NCBI GenBank assembly: GCA_963710755.1
Contig: CAVQBK010000003.1
Coordinates: 256,001-320,000, forward strand
DNA: 64,000 nt
Source of the DNA: an uncultured bacterium
GTDB lineage: Bacteria > Oederibacteriota > JAAXVQ01 > JAUVAV01
Direction: 5' to 3'
The number at the start of each line of letters is the position of its first letter. Positions within the stretch are counted from its first letter, which is position 1. The position numbers were made by a program, and so were the translations under genes. The notes beneath the pieces are model-generated. The model did not search any database. It was not told the DNA's origin and saw only the letters and a list, made by a program, of their open reading frames with translations. Positions 20,225-30,123 of this stretch are shown here, piece after piece.

Positions 20225-21127
20225 ATGAGCAAGGAGCCGAAGGAAAGCATGAATGGCAAGACGGTTTTAATCACCGGCGCTACCTCGGGCATTGGAGAGG
20301 CCACAGCCTTGGCATTGGCCAAACGCGGCGCGCGCCTGGTGTTGGTGGCCCGCAATGCCGATCGCGCCGCACAAACCCGCACCCGTATTCTGCAAGAGGC
20401 GCGCCATTATGATGTTCATTTTATAATGGCCGACCTTTCCTCCCAGGATTCCATCCGCGAGCTGGCCCGGCGGTTCCAGGAAAAATTTGACCGTTTGGAT
20501 GTGCTCATCAACAATGCCGGTGGCGCGTGGAACAAACGAACCCTAACAGTGGATGGACTGGAAATGACTTTTGCCGTCGATTATCTGGCTTATTTTCTTT
20601 TAACCCATTTGTTGCTCGATGTCCTCAAAGCCAGCGCGCCCAGCCGGATCATCAATGTCAGCTCCGCCGCCAACCTGCAAGGCCATATTCATTTTGACGA
20701 TCTCCAAGGCGAGCATCTTTATCAGCCTTACCGGGCTTACGGCCAAGCCAAGCTGGCTGGGGTGATGTTTACCTACGAGCTGGCCCGGCGCCTGCAAGGC
20801 ACGGGGGTGACCGTCAATTGTCTCCATCCCGGAGTGGTGCGCACACGCATCTGGCGGCAGGAAGGCAGCGTGCTGTTAAAACTGTTTGAAAAATTTTATT
20901 CCTTATTTATGCTCAGCCCGGAACAAGGCGCAGCCACCTCTGTTTATCTGGCCACAGCCCGGGAATTAACCAATGTCACCGGCGCTTATTTTGACAAACA
21001 AAAAGCCGTGGCCAGCAATCCTTTTAGCTACGATCTCCAAGCCTGCAAGCGTTTGTGGACCATCAGTGAAAACCTGACCGGCCTGCACCATCAGTCCGGC
21101 TCAGAGCGCGAGCGTCGCGCCGGTTAA
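20225..21127 (+). CDS. SDR oxidoreductase (retinol dehydrogenase-like)
   Basis: TGATSGIG, NNAG, YGQAK, HPGVV. Confidence 0.92.
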   Translation: MSKEPKESMNGKTVLITGATSGIGEATALALAKRGARLVLVARNADRAAQTRTRILQEARHYDVHFIMADLSSQDSIRELARRFQEKFDRLDVLINNAGGAWNKRTLTVDGLEMTFAVDYLAYFLLTHLLLDVLKASAPSRIINVSSAANLQGHIHFDDLQGEHLYQPYRAYGQAKLAGVMFTYELARRLQGTGVTVNCLHPGVVRTRIWRQEGSVLLKLFEKFYSLFMLSPEQGAATSVYLATARELTNVTGAYFDKQKAVASNPFSYDLQACKRLWTISENLTGLHHQSGSERERRAG

Positions 21128-21913
21128 GCGTTCGCTCAACGCCCACAACTCGTCCTGCACCTGTTGATCCAGGGCCACCGCTGCCGGCGCCTCCGGTTGG
21201 CGATTCACCACGTATTGTCCATTCCAGTCGGCCGCCAAAGGCGACGTGACCAAAAAGTCCAGGGTCTCCGAGCGGGTGGGCATGTGAGGCGAGCCGCCGT
21301 AAAAGGTGCGCAGCAACTTGGTGTTGATCACACCCGGATGACAGGCATTAATGCGTACGGGCTGCTGTTGTAAGCGACGTACCAGACCGAAGGTAAATAA
21401 TAGGTTGCACAATTTGCTCAGCGCATAGGCGTGCTGGGGATCATAATGGCGTTCCCCCTGAAGATTGTTGACATCCCAGCTGCGGCTGTGCACCTGCGAG
21501 CTCACATTGATAATATGCGCCTTGGGTGCCTGCAGCAGCAACGGTATTAATTCCAAAGTCAACAAAAAAGGCGCCAGATGGTTGACCCCAAAGGTCGTCT
21601 CATGGCCGTCCTGGGTCAGGGTCCGTTCTGGTTGGATGGTGCCGGCATTGTTGACCAAAATGTCAAGATGATCAAGCTTCTCCTGCAAGGTTCGCCCCAG
21701 TGTGCGCACAGCTTCGAGATCGGCGAAATCGGCATTAACATAAGTTACCTTGCCCCGTGTTTCCCGGGCCATCAAGGCTTCCATGATCTGCGCGCCTTTT
21801 TTAAGCTGACGGCCGTGTAGGATGACCTCATAATCTTGTTGCGCCAAACTTTTAGCCAAGGCCAGACCAATGCCATCAGTGGCGCCGGTGATTAAAACCA
21901 CTTGCGGTGTCAT
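21101..21913 (-). CDS. SDR oxidoreductase (retinol dehydrogenase-like)
   Basis: TGATDGIG, NNAG, YALSK, HPGVI. Confidence 0.92.
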   Translation of the reverse strand: MTPQVVLITGATDGIGLALAKSLAQQDYEVILHGRQLKKGAQIMEALMARETRGKVTYVNADFADLEAVRTLGRTLQEKLDHLDILVNNAGTIQPERTLTQDGHETTFGVNHLAPFLLTLELIPLLLQAPKAHIINVSSQVHSRSWDVNNLQGERHYDPQHAYALSKLCNLLFTFGLVRRLQQQPVRINACHPGVINTKLLRTFYGGSPHMPTRSETLDFLVTSPLAADWNGQYVVNRQPEAPAAVALDQQVQDELWALSERLTGATLAL

Positions 21914-22090
21914 GCGCGTCTCCTTTTCCCAATCATTTTAATTATTTAGACCCTGCCTGGGCACGCGAGTCCGGCGGAATCACCGGAAGCCTTAATCAAG
22001 CTCAACCCCAAGACCATGACTTTTTGATTCAGCCTCTTGGTGATTCACGGTACAATACGGCCATCACCCCATCCTACGGGAGGTGCGCTC

Positions 22091-25000
22091 ATGAACCGGC
22101 TCATTCAATATTTTATTGAACGCAAGCTTTTGGTGTACCTGCTTTCTTTACTGATCATCGCGGCCGGGTTCATGGCCGCCTTGGGCATGCGCCGTCAGGT
22201 ACTGCCTGATGTGGATATGCTTATGGTCCAGATCACCACGATCTACCCCGCGGCCTCGGCCCGCGATGTGGAGTTGAACGTCACTGTTCCCCTGGAGGAA
22301 AAACTCCTGGAAGTGGATGGTATAAAAAAACTCCGCAGCGTGTCCATGGAAAATTTCTCCCAAATTATCATCAACCTCGACCCCGACATGCAGGACGTGG
22401 ACAAGGTTAAAGCCAATATCCGCCGCGCCGTGGATCAGGTCACCGACCTGCCCAAGGAAATCACGCAGCGACCGGCCATTGCCGAATGGGATACCAGCTG
22501 GGTGCCCATCGCTATTCTGGGTCTGCATGGCGACAGCTTGACGGAAAAGCAACTGCGTCAGATAGCCAATCGTTTGGAAAAAGAAATCGAAGCCCTGCCC
22601 GGCGTTGCCCGCGTGGACAAACTGTCCTTCCGCGATCCCGAGATCCGCGTGGCCGTCTCACGGGAAAAGTTGAACCGCTATTATCTCACTCTGCAGGATG
22701 TGGCCCTGGCCATTAGAAACCGTAACATCCGCCTTACCGGCGGCACCATGGAATCCTTCAGTGACGAAACCTCGGTGCTGACCTTGGCTGAATTCAACCA
22801 GCCCGAGGACATCAGCAATGTCATTATCCGCTCCAATTTTGAAGGCAACAAAATCGTGGTGCGCGATGTGGCCCGGGTGGAGGACGGCCTGGCCGAACGC
22901 CATTTCGAACACCGCATCAACGGCTTGTCCGGTTTGGCCCTGCGCATTCATAAGAAAAAAAGCGCTGACAGCGTGCACGTCATGGAAGCTGTGGAAAAGC
23001 ATCTGGCTAAAATCAAACCATCACTGCCACCCAGTTTGGTAATCCAGAAAGTGCGCGATTCTTCAGTGCCCACGGTGCGGCGGTTGCACATCCTGCAGAA
23101 CAATGCCATCATCGGGTTTGTGCTGCTCATGGCCATCTTAATCATGTTTCTCAATCTGCGCATTGCTTTCTGGACCGCCATGGGCATTCCCATTGCCCTA
23201 TCCGTGGGTGCCCTGGCCCATGTGGCCACCGGTGGCAGCAATGACAGCATCTCTATTATGGTCTTTATTCAGGTCCTGGGCATGCTGGTGGATGACGCCA
23301 TTGTGGTGGCGGAAAATATTCATCGCCACCGCGAAGAAGGCATGACTGCACCGGAAGCAGCTTTAAAAGGCGTCAAGGAAGTAGCCGCGCCCATCATGGC
23401 CACCGTCAGCACCACCATTGTGGCTTTTCTGCCCCTTTTGGCCCTGGGCGGTATGCTGGGTCTGTTCATCCGCATGATCCCCATTATTATTGCCGGTACC
23501 TTGCTGGGTTCGGTTATAGAATCTTTTTTCTTTTTACCCAGCCATTTGGCCCAGGAGAAACCGCGTCAAAGCCCGTCCCGGGCTCTGGCGGATCCGCTCT
23601 TTAATCACCTGCGCCGCCTCTATGCCCGGGGCCTGGGCTGGGCGTTGCGCCATAAAGGCACGGTCTTGCTTTGCGCCGGTCTGCTGCTGATGGCAGGCGG
23701 CTACTTGGGCATTCACCATTTAAAATTTGTACTTTTCCCAGTGGATGCTGCGGAGGACACCTTTGCCATCATCGAGACCCCGGTGGGCAGTTCCTACCAG
23801 TCCACATTGCAAAGCGTGATCGCCGTGGAAAAAATCATCCGCCAATTACCTCATCAGGAATGGGAAAGTTTTGAGACTTTTGTGGGTTCAGCGGAAGCCC
23901 CTGATGGCAGTGAAATGACTGCTGACAACCTGGCCATGATATACCTTAAACTAACCCCCTATCAGGAGAAGCGCCAACGTACGGCCGCACAGATTCTGGA
24001 TGAATTGCGCACCAGGGCCGAGGCGCTCCCGGGCATTGCCAGTGTGCAGTTCAATGTAGACGGTGGCGGCCCACCGGTCGGCCGACCGGTGGAATTGAAT
24101 ATTATCGGTGACAACGAAAAAGCCCAGCGGCTCATTTTGGATCAGGTAATGGCTTATCTTGACCGCCTGCCGGGCGTCCTCGATCCCACGTCCGATCTCA
24201 AGCATGCCCGTGATGAGGAGGTGGTCACCTTGAATCATGACAAGCTGGCCGCCGTGGGGCTGACCGCTGCGGACATTGCCGCCACCATCCGCATGGCCTA
24301 TCAGGGTGATATTATCTCCTCCATTCGCTTTGTCCAGGAAGAAGTGGACATCCGCCTGCACTTACAGGCCCAGGACCGCCGGAGTCCACAAGCCTTGTTT
24401 TCCCTCATGGTGCGCAACCACGACGGCAAGCTCATTCCCTTGCGCCAATTAATTACCCTTACCCGCCGGCCGGCCCTGCAGGGTATCCGTCATTACACCG
24501 GCCAACGGGTGGTGACCGTGACCGCAGACGTGGACAACAAGATCACCACCTCCCAGGAAATAAATCAAAAGATTATGGATCACTTCCAGAATATTGCCCA
24601 GCAGTTTCCGGGCATGCGCTTGCTGGCAGGCGGCGAGGCGGAGGAATCAGCAGCGCTCATGAAGAATATGACCCGGGCCGCCATCCTGGCGGTACTGGCC
24701 ATTTACTTTATTTTAATTCTTTTGCTGCGCTCCGTGCTCCAGCCTCTGATCATCCTGCTGGCTATTCCCTTTGGTCTTATTGGCGTGATGCTGGCCTTCT
24801 GGCTGCAGGGCATGACCATCGGGTTCATGGCCTTGCTGGGTATGCTGGGCATGAGCGGGGTGGTGGTCAATGACTCCCTGATTATTCTCAGTTTTATTCA
24901 TCAGCTGGTTCACGAACGGCGTGAAAACAACCGGCCCAGTCATGAGACCATTATCGCCGCTGCCACCACCCGGTTGCGGCCGGTGATTCTCACCACCCTA

Positions 25001-25204
25001 ACCACGGCCGTAGCCTTGATTCCCACGGCCTACGGCCTGGGGGGCAAGGATTTCTTTGTACAACCCATGGTCATGGCCATGCTCTGGGGTATTGTCTTTG
25101 CCACTGCGCTTACCTTGCTTTGGGTGCCGACCTTATACGCCGTGGGCCAGGCCATTCGCCAACAAGTGGTGACCTGGGGACCCGGCAACGCCAAGACTAT
25201 GTAA
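22091..25204 (+). CDS. RND efflux transporter permease (AcrB family)
   Basis: GGAGG SD and ATG 22091. GMLVDDAIVVAENI and TRLRPVILTT motifs, two large periplasmic loops. Confidence 0.92.
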   Translation: MNRLIQYFIERKLLVYLLSLLIIAAGFMAALGMRRQVLPDVDMLMVQITTIYPAASARDVELNVTVPLEEKLLEVDGIKKLRSVSMENFSQIIINLDPDMQDVDKVKANIRRAVDQVTDLPKEITQRPAIAEWDTSWVPIAILGLHGDSLTEKQLRQIANRLEKEIEALPGVARVDKLSFRDPEIRVAVSREKLNRYYLTLQDVALAIRNRNIRLTGGTMESFSDETSVLTLAEFNQPEDISNVIIRSNFEGNKIVVRDVARVEDGLAERHFEHRINGLSGLALRIHKKKSADSVHVMEAVEKHLAKIKPSLPPSLVIQKVRDSSVPTVRRLHILQNNAIIGFVLLMAILIMFLNLRIAFWTAMGIPIALSVGALAHVATGGSNDSISIMVFIQVLGMLVDDAIVVAENIHRHREEGMTAPEAALKGVKEVAAPIMATVSTTIVAFLPLLALGGMLGLFIRMIPIIIAGTLLGSVIESFFFLPSHLAQEKPRQSPSRALADPLFNHLRRLYARGLGWALRHKGTVLLCAGLLLMAGGYLGIHHLKFVLFPVDAAEDTFAIIETPVGSSYQSTLQSVIAVEKIIRQLPHQEWESFETFVGSAEAPDGSEMTADNLAMIYLKLTPYQEKRQRTAAQILDELRTRAEALPGIASVQFNVDGGGPPVGRPVELNIIGDNEKAQRLILDQVMAYLDRLPGVLDPTSDLKHARDEEVVTLNHDKLAAVGLTAADIAATIRMAYQGDIISSIRFVQEEVDIRLHLQAQDRRSPQALFSLMVRNHDGKLIPLRQLITLTRRPALQGIRHYTGQRVVTVTADVDNKITTSQEINQKIMDHFQNIAQQFPGMRLLAGGEAEESAALMKNMTRAAILAVLAIYFILILLLRSVLQPLIILLAIPFGLIGVMLAFWLQGMTIGFMALLGMLGMSGVVVNDSLIILSFIHQLVHERRENNRPSHETIIAAATTRLRPVILTTLTTAVALIPTAYGLGGKDFFVQPMVMAMLWGIVFATALTLLWVPTLYAVGQAIRQQVVTWGPGNAKTM

Positions 25205-25231
25205 ACACAACGTATTGGACAAAAAAGAAAT

Positions 25232-26248
25232 TCAGGCCGACGGGGTTAGCGGCAAGGCGATGACAAAGGACGTGCCCAGCTCCTGGCCGGGAAGGGGGGA
25301 GATCACTGCAATGGTGCCGCCGTGCGCTTCCACCGCCAGTTTGCAAAAAGCCAGGCCCAGGCCCGTGCCGGAGAGCTGTTTGTCTTTGGCATTGACCCGG
25401 GAAAAAAGCTCGAAAATTTTGGTGTGGTATTCCGCCGGGATGGGATCGCCCAGATTGGTCACGCCGATATAAACCTGGTCAGCGTCTTTGGACAAGGTCA
25501 CGGTCACGGTGCTGTTATCGGGCGAATATTTAATGCTGTTGTTGAGCAGATTGTTGACGATGCGTTCGATAATGTCTCCATCTACGGTGAGCTCCAATTT
25601 TTCCAAGCTCGCTTGGAACTGCAGCTCCACTTTTTTAACCTGGGTGGTCTTGCGCATGTTGTTGACCGCCTGAGACAATAATCCGACCAGCTCCGTGGCT
25701 TGCAGCTTGAGTTGAAATTCCTTGGTTTGCATGCGGCTGATGAACAACATCTCCTCCATCATGCGAAACAATACCTTGGCCTGCCGGTGAGAATCCACAA
25801 CAAATTCCCTGAGCACGGGCTCCAGCCCCAGGTCGTCTTTTATTTCCAATAACCGCAGGGTACCCATGATCACCGTGAGCGGATTTTTCATATCATGCAC
25901 GATCATGTGGGTTAGGGCTTCCTTGGTCTTGTTCAATTCCAGCAATTGTTCGGCTTGCTGCTCCAGGTGCTGTTTGGAGGCCTCCAATTCATGGGTGCGC
26001 GCTTTGACTTTGCTTTCCAACTCCTGGTTAAAATGGGTCAGTTCCTCGTTAAGCTGGCGCAGTTTTTCATTTTGCGCCAAATTATCGGCGACGACTTTTT
26101 CATTTTCATTTTGCCTGGTCTCGATTTCCTGCTTGAGTTGACGGATACGCACGGTCTGCTTTTTCAAGGCATGACGCAGTTCGGCCTCGCTCATCCGATC
26201 AAGGTCTGGGTTGGGTGCTGAAGATGTTTCCGACATGGGCAATTCCAT
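25232..26248 (-). CDS. Cytoplasmic histidine kinase with N-terminal coiled coil
   Basis: VHDMKNPL H-box, NLLNNSIKY N-box, GTGLGLAF G2 box. No TM or sensor domain. Confidence 0.88.
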   Translation of the reverse strand: MELPMSETSSAPNPDLDRMSEAELRHALKKQTVRIRQLKQEIETRQNENEKVVADNLAQNEKLRQLNEELTHFNQELESKVKARTHELEASKQHLEQQAEQLLELNKTKEALTHMIVHDMKNPLTVIMGTLRLLEIKDDLGLEPVLREFVVDSHRQAKVLFRMMEEMLFISRMQTKEFQLKLQATELVGLLSQAVNNMRKTTQVKKVELQFQASLEKLELTVDGDIIERIVNNLLNNSIKYSPDNSTVTVTLSKDADQVYIGVTNLGDPIPAEYHTKIFELFSRVNAKDKQLSGTGLGLAFCKLAVEAHGGTIAVISPLPGQELGTSFVIALPLTPSA

Positions 26249-26306
26249 CTTTCCGGTTTTAGGTTGTGCTCTCCCTACGCCTCCGCCGTATTTACAGCGC
26301 AGCTGG

Positions 26307-27161
26307 TTATATCAGCATGGAGGTCAGATTTTCTTCCTGCTCCTGAAAATCTTCCAGCAAAATTTCCACATCCACTTCTTCCCATCCCAAGTGGTCCAGG
26401 ATATCCTGTTCCATTTTAGGTTCACGGCCATAATGGAAGCCGTACTTGGCCTGCATCACCAACTTGTCCGCCAAATAGATAACCACCGCACTGCTTTGAT
26501 GGTCCTCCGGTGCCTGCAGGGGATTGTGATGATGCTTGAGAATGACCGCCATTTTTTCCGGCAGGGACCATTTTTCACACATGCGGTGGGTAATGCTGGC
26601 ATGATCGGTTTGAAAGGCTTCGTTTTCCAAGTTCAAAATGCCGGCATCCTCGGTTTTTAACTTTTCCAAGATAGCATTGACCACATCTGGATAAAATTGG
26701 GCTTCCACGAGCAGGCCCATATCATGCAGAATGCCCATGGTGAAAAATTCCTCTGCATCGCCGATCTTCAGACGGCGCGCCATCATACGGGCGCACACCC
26801 CCACGCCCACCGAATGCTTCCATAAATTCTGGGGACTCATGGCCGTGGTTTCCATTTTTTTATTGAACAATTCATTGGCACTGGCCTGGAAAGCCAGACT
26901 CTTGATCAGGTTAATCCCCAAAATGGAAAGCGCTGTGTGTATATTGCTTATTTTTTGCGACAGCCCATAAAATGCGGAATTGGCCAGGCTCAGGATTTTA
27001 AAGGAGAAATTGGTATCCATCTTGACGATTTCTTCCAGCTTGGCCAGATTGGAATTGGGGTCATCGATAGTAGCCAAAATCTTGGTCAAGGTCTGCGGCA
27101 TGGGAAACACTTTTTCCAGTTTTTTGTCCAACTCTTGAAAATCAATTTTGGTCGTTTCCAT
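26307..27161 (-). CDS. HDOD domain protein
   Basis: ILSLANSAFYG, LWKHS, GILHDMG, DHA...KWSLP, HHH. Confidence 0.9.
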   Translation of the reverse strand: METTKIDFQELDKKLEKVFPMPQTLTKILATIDDPNSNLAKLEEIVKMDTNFSFKILSLANSAFYGLSQKISNIHTALSILGINLIKSLAFQASANELFNKKMETTAMSPQNLWKHSVGVGVCARMMARRLKIGDAEEFFTMGILHDMGLLVEAQFYPDVVNAILEKLKTEDAGILNLENEAFQTDHASITHRMCEKWSLPEKMAVILKHHHNPLQAPEDHQSSAVVIYLADKLVMQAKYGFHYGREPKMEQDILDHLGWEEVDVEILLEDFQEQEENLTSMLI

Positions 27162-27275
27162 AAAGCCCGCCTGCTGTCATAAATGATGATAAGGTCACTC
27201 TTTTAGTAACGGTAGGGCGGGCTTGAGATTTAGACACCCCTGGGAAAAAAGCCTGTTGCTGCCGGAAACCACGAT

Positions 27276-28514
27276 TTAAAATTCAAAAGCCACATCGCTC
27301 AGACGTTTTTGGATTTCCGCCATGATGCGCTTTTCATCCTCTTCAGTAGGCGCATCAAAGGTCGCAGAAAAACGCACATACGCGCCGGCATCATCCCAAG
27401 GCACGGTGGAGATTAATTTTTCTTTGATGAGGTATTGGGAGAACTCCTCGGCCGTGGCAAACCGGGGCCCGTTCTTGACCCCCTTGGGCGCGGGCAGGTA
27501 AAGATAAAAAGTTCCTTGCGGCTTGGCGGCTTGAAACCCTAGGGACTGCAATGTCTCGGCCAGCAGGGTCAGACGGCGTGAATATTTCTCCCGGGTCCGC
27601 TCCGTGATCTCAGGATGGTCGAGGCAGTAGATACCAGCCTGCTGAATGGCCAAAAATTGTCCGGAATCATTGTTATCCTTGACGGTGGCAAAGGCTTTGA
27701 CCACCTTTTCATTGCCTGTCACAAAGGCCAGACGCCAGCCGGTCATGTTGAAAGCTTTGGAAAGGGATTGAATGGCCACGCCCACCTCTTTGGCGCCGGG
27801 GACGCTGAGAAAGGACAACGGCTTCTGCTCGTCGTAGACCAGGGCTGCATAAGCTTCATCGGAGATGACCACCACCTGATTGGCCCTGGCAAACTGGATC
27901 ACCTCTTCGTAAAAAGCCCTGGTAGCTGCGGCCCCGGTGGGATTGTTGGGGTAATTGAGATAGAGCAGTTTGGCCCGCTGCTTTTGGTCGGAAGTGAGCG
28001 CTTTTAAATCAGGCAGAAAATGGTTTTCCCTGGTCAAAGGCAAGCGGACCACTTCTCCGCCCAGCCATTGACTCTGGGTACCCATTACCGGATAGCCGGG
28101 GGTGGTCATGAGGGTAATATCCCCGGGGTTGATAAAGGCATACGGCATGAGGGCCAAGGCGGGTTTGGAGCCAATGGCATGCACCACTTCACTCGCCGGG
28201 TCAAGGCCCTGCACGCCAAAAACTCTTTCCATATAACGTACGGCCGCGTCTTTAAAGGCCTGACAACCATTGTCTGCATAACCGCGGTTCTCCGGCTTGT
28301 GTGCTTCCTGGCAAAGTACGTCCACCACCTTGGCATCCGCCATCCAGTCCGGTTCGCCCACCCCCATGTCGATCAGAGGCCGGTCAGGATGGGCCTGCTG
28401 GGCTTCCCGTTTGGCCCTTTTGATTTTTTCAAACTTATATAATACGGTGGATTTTCCAAATTGATTGCCGCCCAGGCGCTGGGCGATTAATTGTTGAATA
28501 ATGGTCTCTTCCAT
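27276..28514 (-). CDS. dapL: LL-diaminopimelate aminotransferase
   Basis: YKFEKIKRAK N-terminus, DMGVGEPD, NYPNNPTG, SLSKAFNMTGWR (PLP lysine), DNNDSGQF. Confidence 0.88.
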   Translation of the reverse strand: MEETIIQQLIAQRLGGNQFGKSTVLYKFEKIKRAKREAQQAHPDRPLIDMGVGEPDWMADAKVVDVLCQEAHKPENRGYADNGCQAFKDAAVRYMERVFGVQGLDPASEVVHAIGSKPALALMPYAFINPGDITLMTTPGYPVMGTQSQWLGGEVVRLPLTRENHFLPDLKALTSDQKQRAKLLYLNYPNNPTGAAATRAFYEEVIQFARANQVVVISDEAYAALVYDEQKPLSFLSVPGAKEVGVAIQSLSKAFNMTGWRLAFVTGNEKVVKAFATVKDNNDSGQFLAIQQAGIYCLDHPEITERTREKYSRRLTLLAETLQSLGFQAAKPQGTFYLYLPAPKGVKNGPRFATAEEFSQYLIKEKLISTVPWDDAGAYVRFSATFDAPTEEDEKRIMAEIQKRLSDVAFEF

Positions 28515-28667
28515 AATGTCACCTTCTTTAATTATTTTGGAGCAATAACCTACACTGTTGCTTTGGTTTTTTCAAGCAAAGAATCGCCGGCTGTTTTTTA
28601 CGCTTGTACATTGGTTCCGAATTTTGTATTACAATAAGCACTGACTTTGTGTAAAAGGACCTGGTGT

Positions 28668-29963
28668 ATGCCCCCTGCCTGGCGAAAATCCAAAGAAAGC
28701 CTGATCCGCCACATTGAAGGAGTGCGCAAAGAGCGGACCATTCTCTTTTCCGATATTGTGCATTCCACCAAACTCTGGGCCACCCAGGGTGATATTCAGG
28801 GCCGGCTTATGCTCGATCGTCACAACTGGCTGCTTTTTCCGGTGATTAAAAAATTCCGCGGCCGCATTATCAAGACCATCGGCGACGCCATTCTGGCGTC
28901 CTTTAAAAATCCTGATCTGGCTGTCATGGCCGCCATGGCCATGCAACAGAGGCTAGCCAAGGAGCGGGCTGATAATCGCGCTTTTACTTTAAAAATCAGG
29001 ATTGGTCTGCATACGGGTCCGACTATCGTGGAACAGCACGATGTCTTTGGAGACACCGTCAATATTGCCTCCCGCGTGGAAACTCAGGCCGACAGCTCGG
29101 AGATCCTGCTTTCCCAGCAAACGGTTCAAAACCTCAAGAAGATTACTGTCCCTATCACCCTCAAATCCGCTTTCAAACTCAAGGGCATCAAGGAGCCCAT
29201 GGATATTTATCGCTGTCAATGGATCGAAGCGCCCGATCTGGTGGGCCGGCTGCAACTGCCTGCCCGCCTGGGCTTGATACCCCGGCAACGCCTGGAGGTG
29301 CTGATTTATCTGGTGGGCAGCCTGGGTGCGCTGGTGCTGTTGTGGTGGTTTTATCTGCGTTACCTGTTGGGTGAGCAGGAAGACCTGGCTTTGATCATAA
29401 TGAATCCTGTGCTGCTGTTTACGGATTATCCATTGGGACTGGTGCTGGCCGTGATATTGGCTGGCGCGGGGATCGCGGCTTACCAGCACCTGCGCCCTTT
29501 TTTCCTAACCGTGCTGCATGTTATCAAAGGGGGCTTTGGATTTCTAGTGTTTTTCGGAATCGTCTACAGTGCCCTCACCTTTATACCTGCTGCGCAGGTG
29601 GACAGCCTGCACCGTCCTTGGCTCCATTCCCGGCATTTATTCGTCAGCCCGGCCATGCCTCAAACCCCGGTGTATGCGGCCCCTGACCTGACTGCGCCGC
29701 GGCTGCGCTTCGTTGGCTGGGGACAATTACTGCTGCTGGCCGATGTGCAGGACCATGATCAAATCACGTGGAACAAAGTCTTGATCCGCAAAGAACGTTA
29801 TGGCTGGATACCGCGGGTGCTGCCTCCGGCCATGGGCGTGGCTGCCAGGCGCCTGAGCTGGACCAAGGCTTTTTTGTTAAGACCTTTGGATCTGACCGCC
29901 CTGGCGGCCGGCCTGTTGGGTTTTCTCTGGGGGTTTCTGAGTTTCCGCTTGCGGCCTGCGTAA
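28668..29963 (+). CDS. Class III adenylate/guanylate cyclase with TM helices and SH3b-like domain
   Basis: ILFSDIVHST, KTIGDA, RIGLHTG, DVFGDTVNIASRVE, then ~3 TM, an SH3b-like segment and a terminal TM. Start uncertain. Confidence 0.85.
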   Translation: MPPAWRKSKESLIRHIEGVRKERTILFSDIVHSTKLWATQGDIQGRLMLDRHNWLLFPVIKKFRGRIIKTIGDAILASFKNPDLAVMAAMAMQQRLAKERADNRAFTLKIRIGLHTGPTIVEQHDVFGDTVNIASRVETQADSSEILLSQQTVQNLKKITVPITLKSAFKLKGIKEPMDIYRCQWIEAPDLVGRLQLPARLGLIPRQRLEVLIYLVGSLGALVLLWWFYLRYLLGEQEDLALIIMNPVLLFTDYPLGLVLAVILAGAGIAAYQHLRPFFLTVLHVIKGGFGFLVFFGIVYSALTFIPAAQVDSLHRPWLHSRHLFVSPAMPQTPVYAAPDLTAPRLRFVGWGQLLLLADVQDHDQITWNKVLIRKERYGWIPRVLPPAMGVAARRLSWTKAFLLRPLDLTALAAGLLGFLWGFLSFRLRPA

Positions 29964-30123
29964 TCGTCGTGCCGGTTTTAATTCGCCGCAGCCATTCCCG
30001 GGAATGATGGACCACGAATTAGATACCGGCTTAGCAAAAAGGCGGTTTTTTTGCAGGCCGGTCAAAATTAGGCTATACTTAAGGTGTAGGCTTTTTTAAA
30101 ATTCCCTAGGGAGGAGAAGTGGC

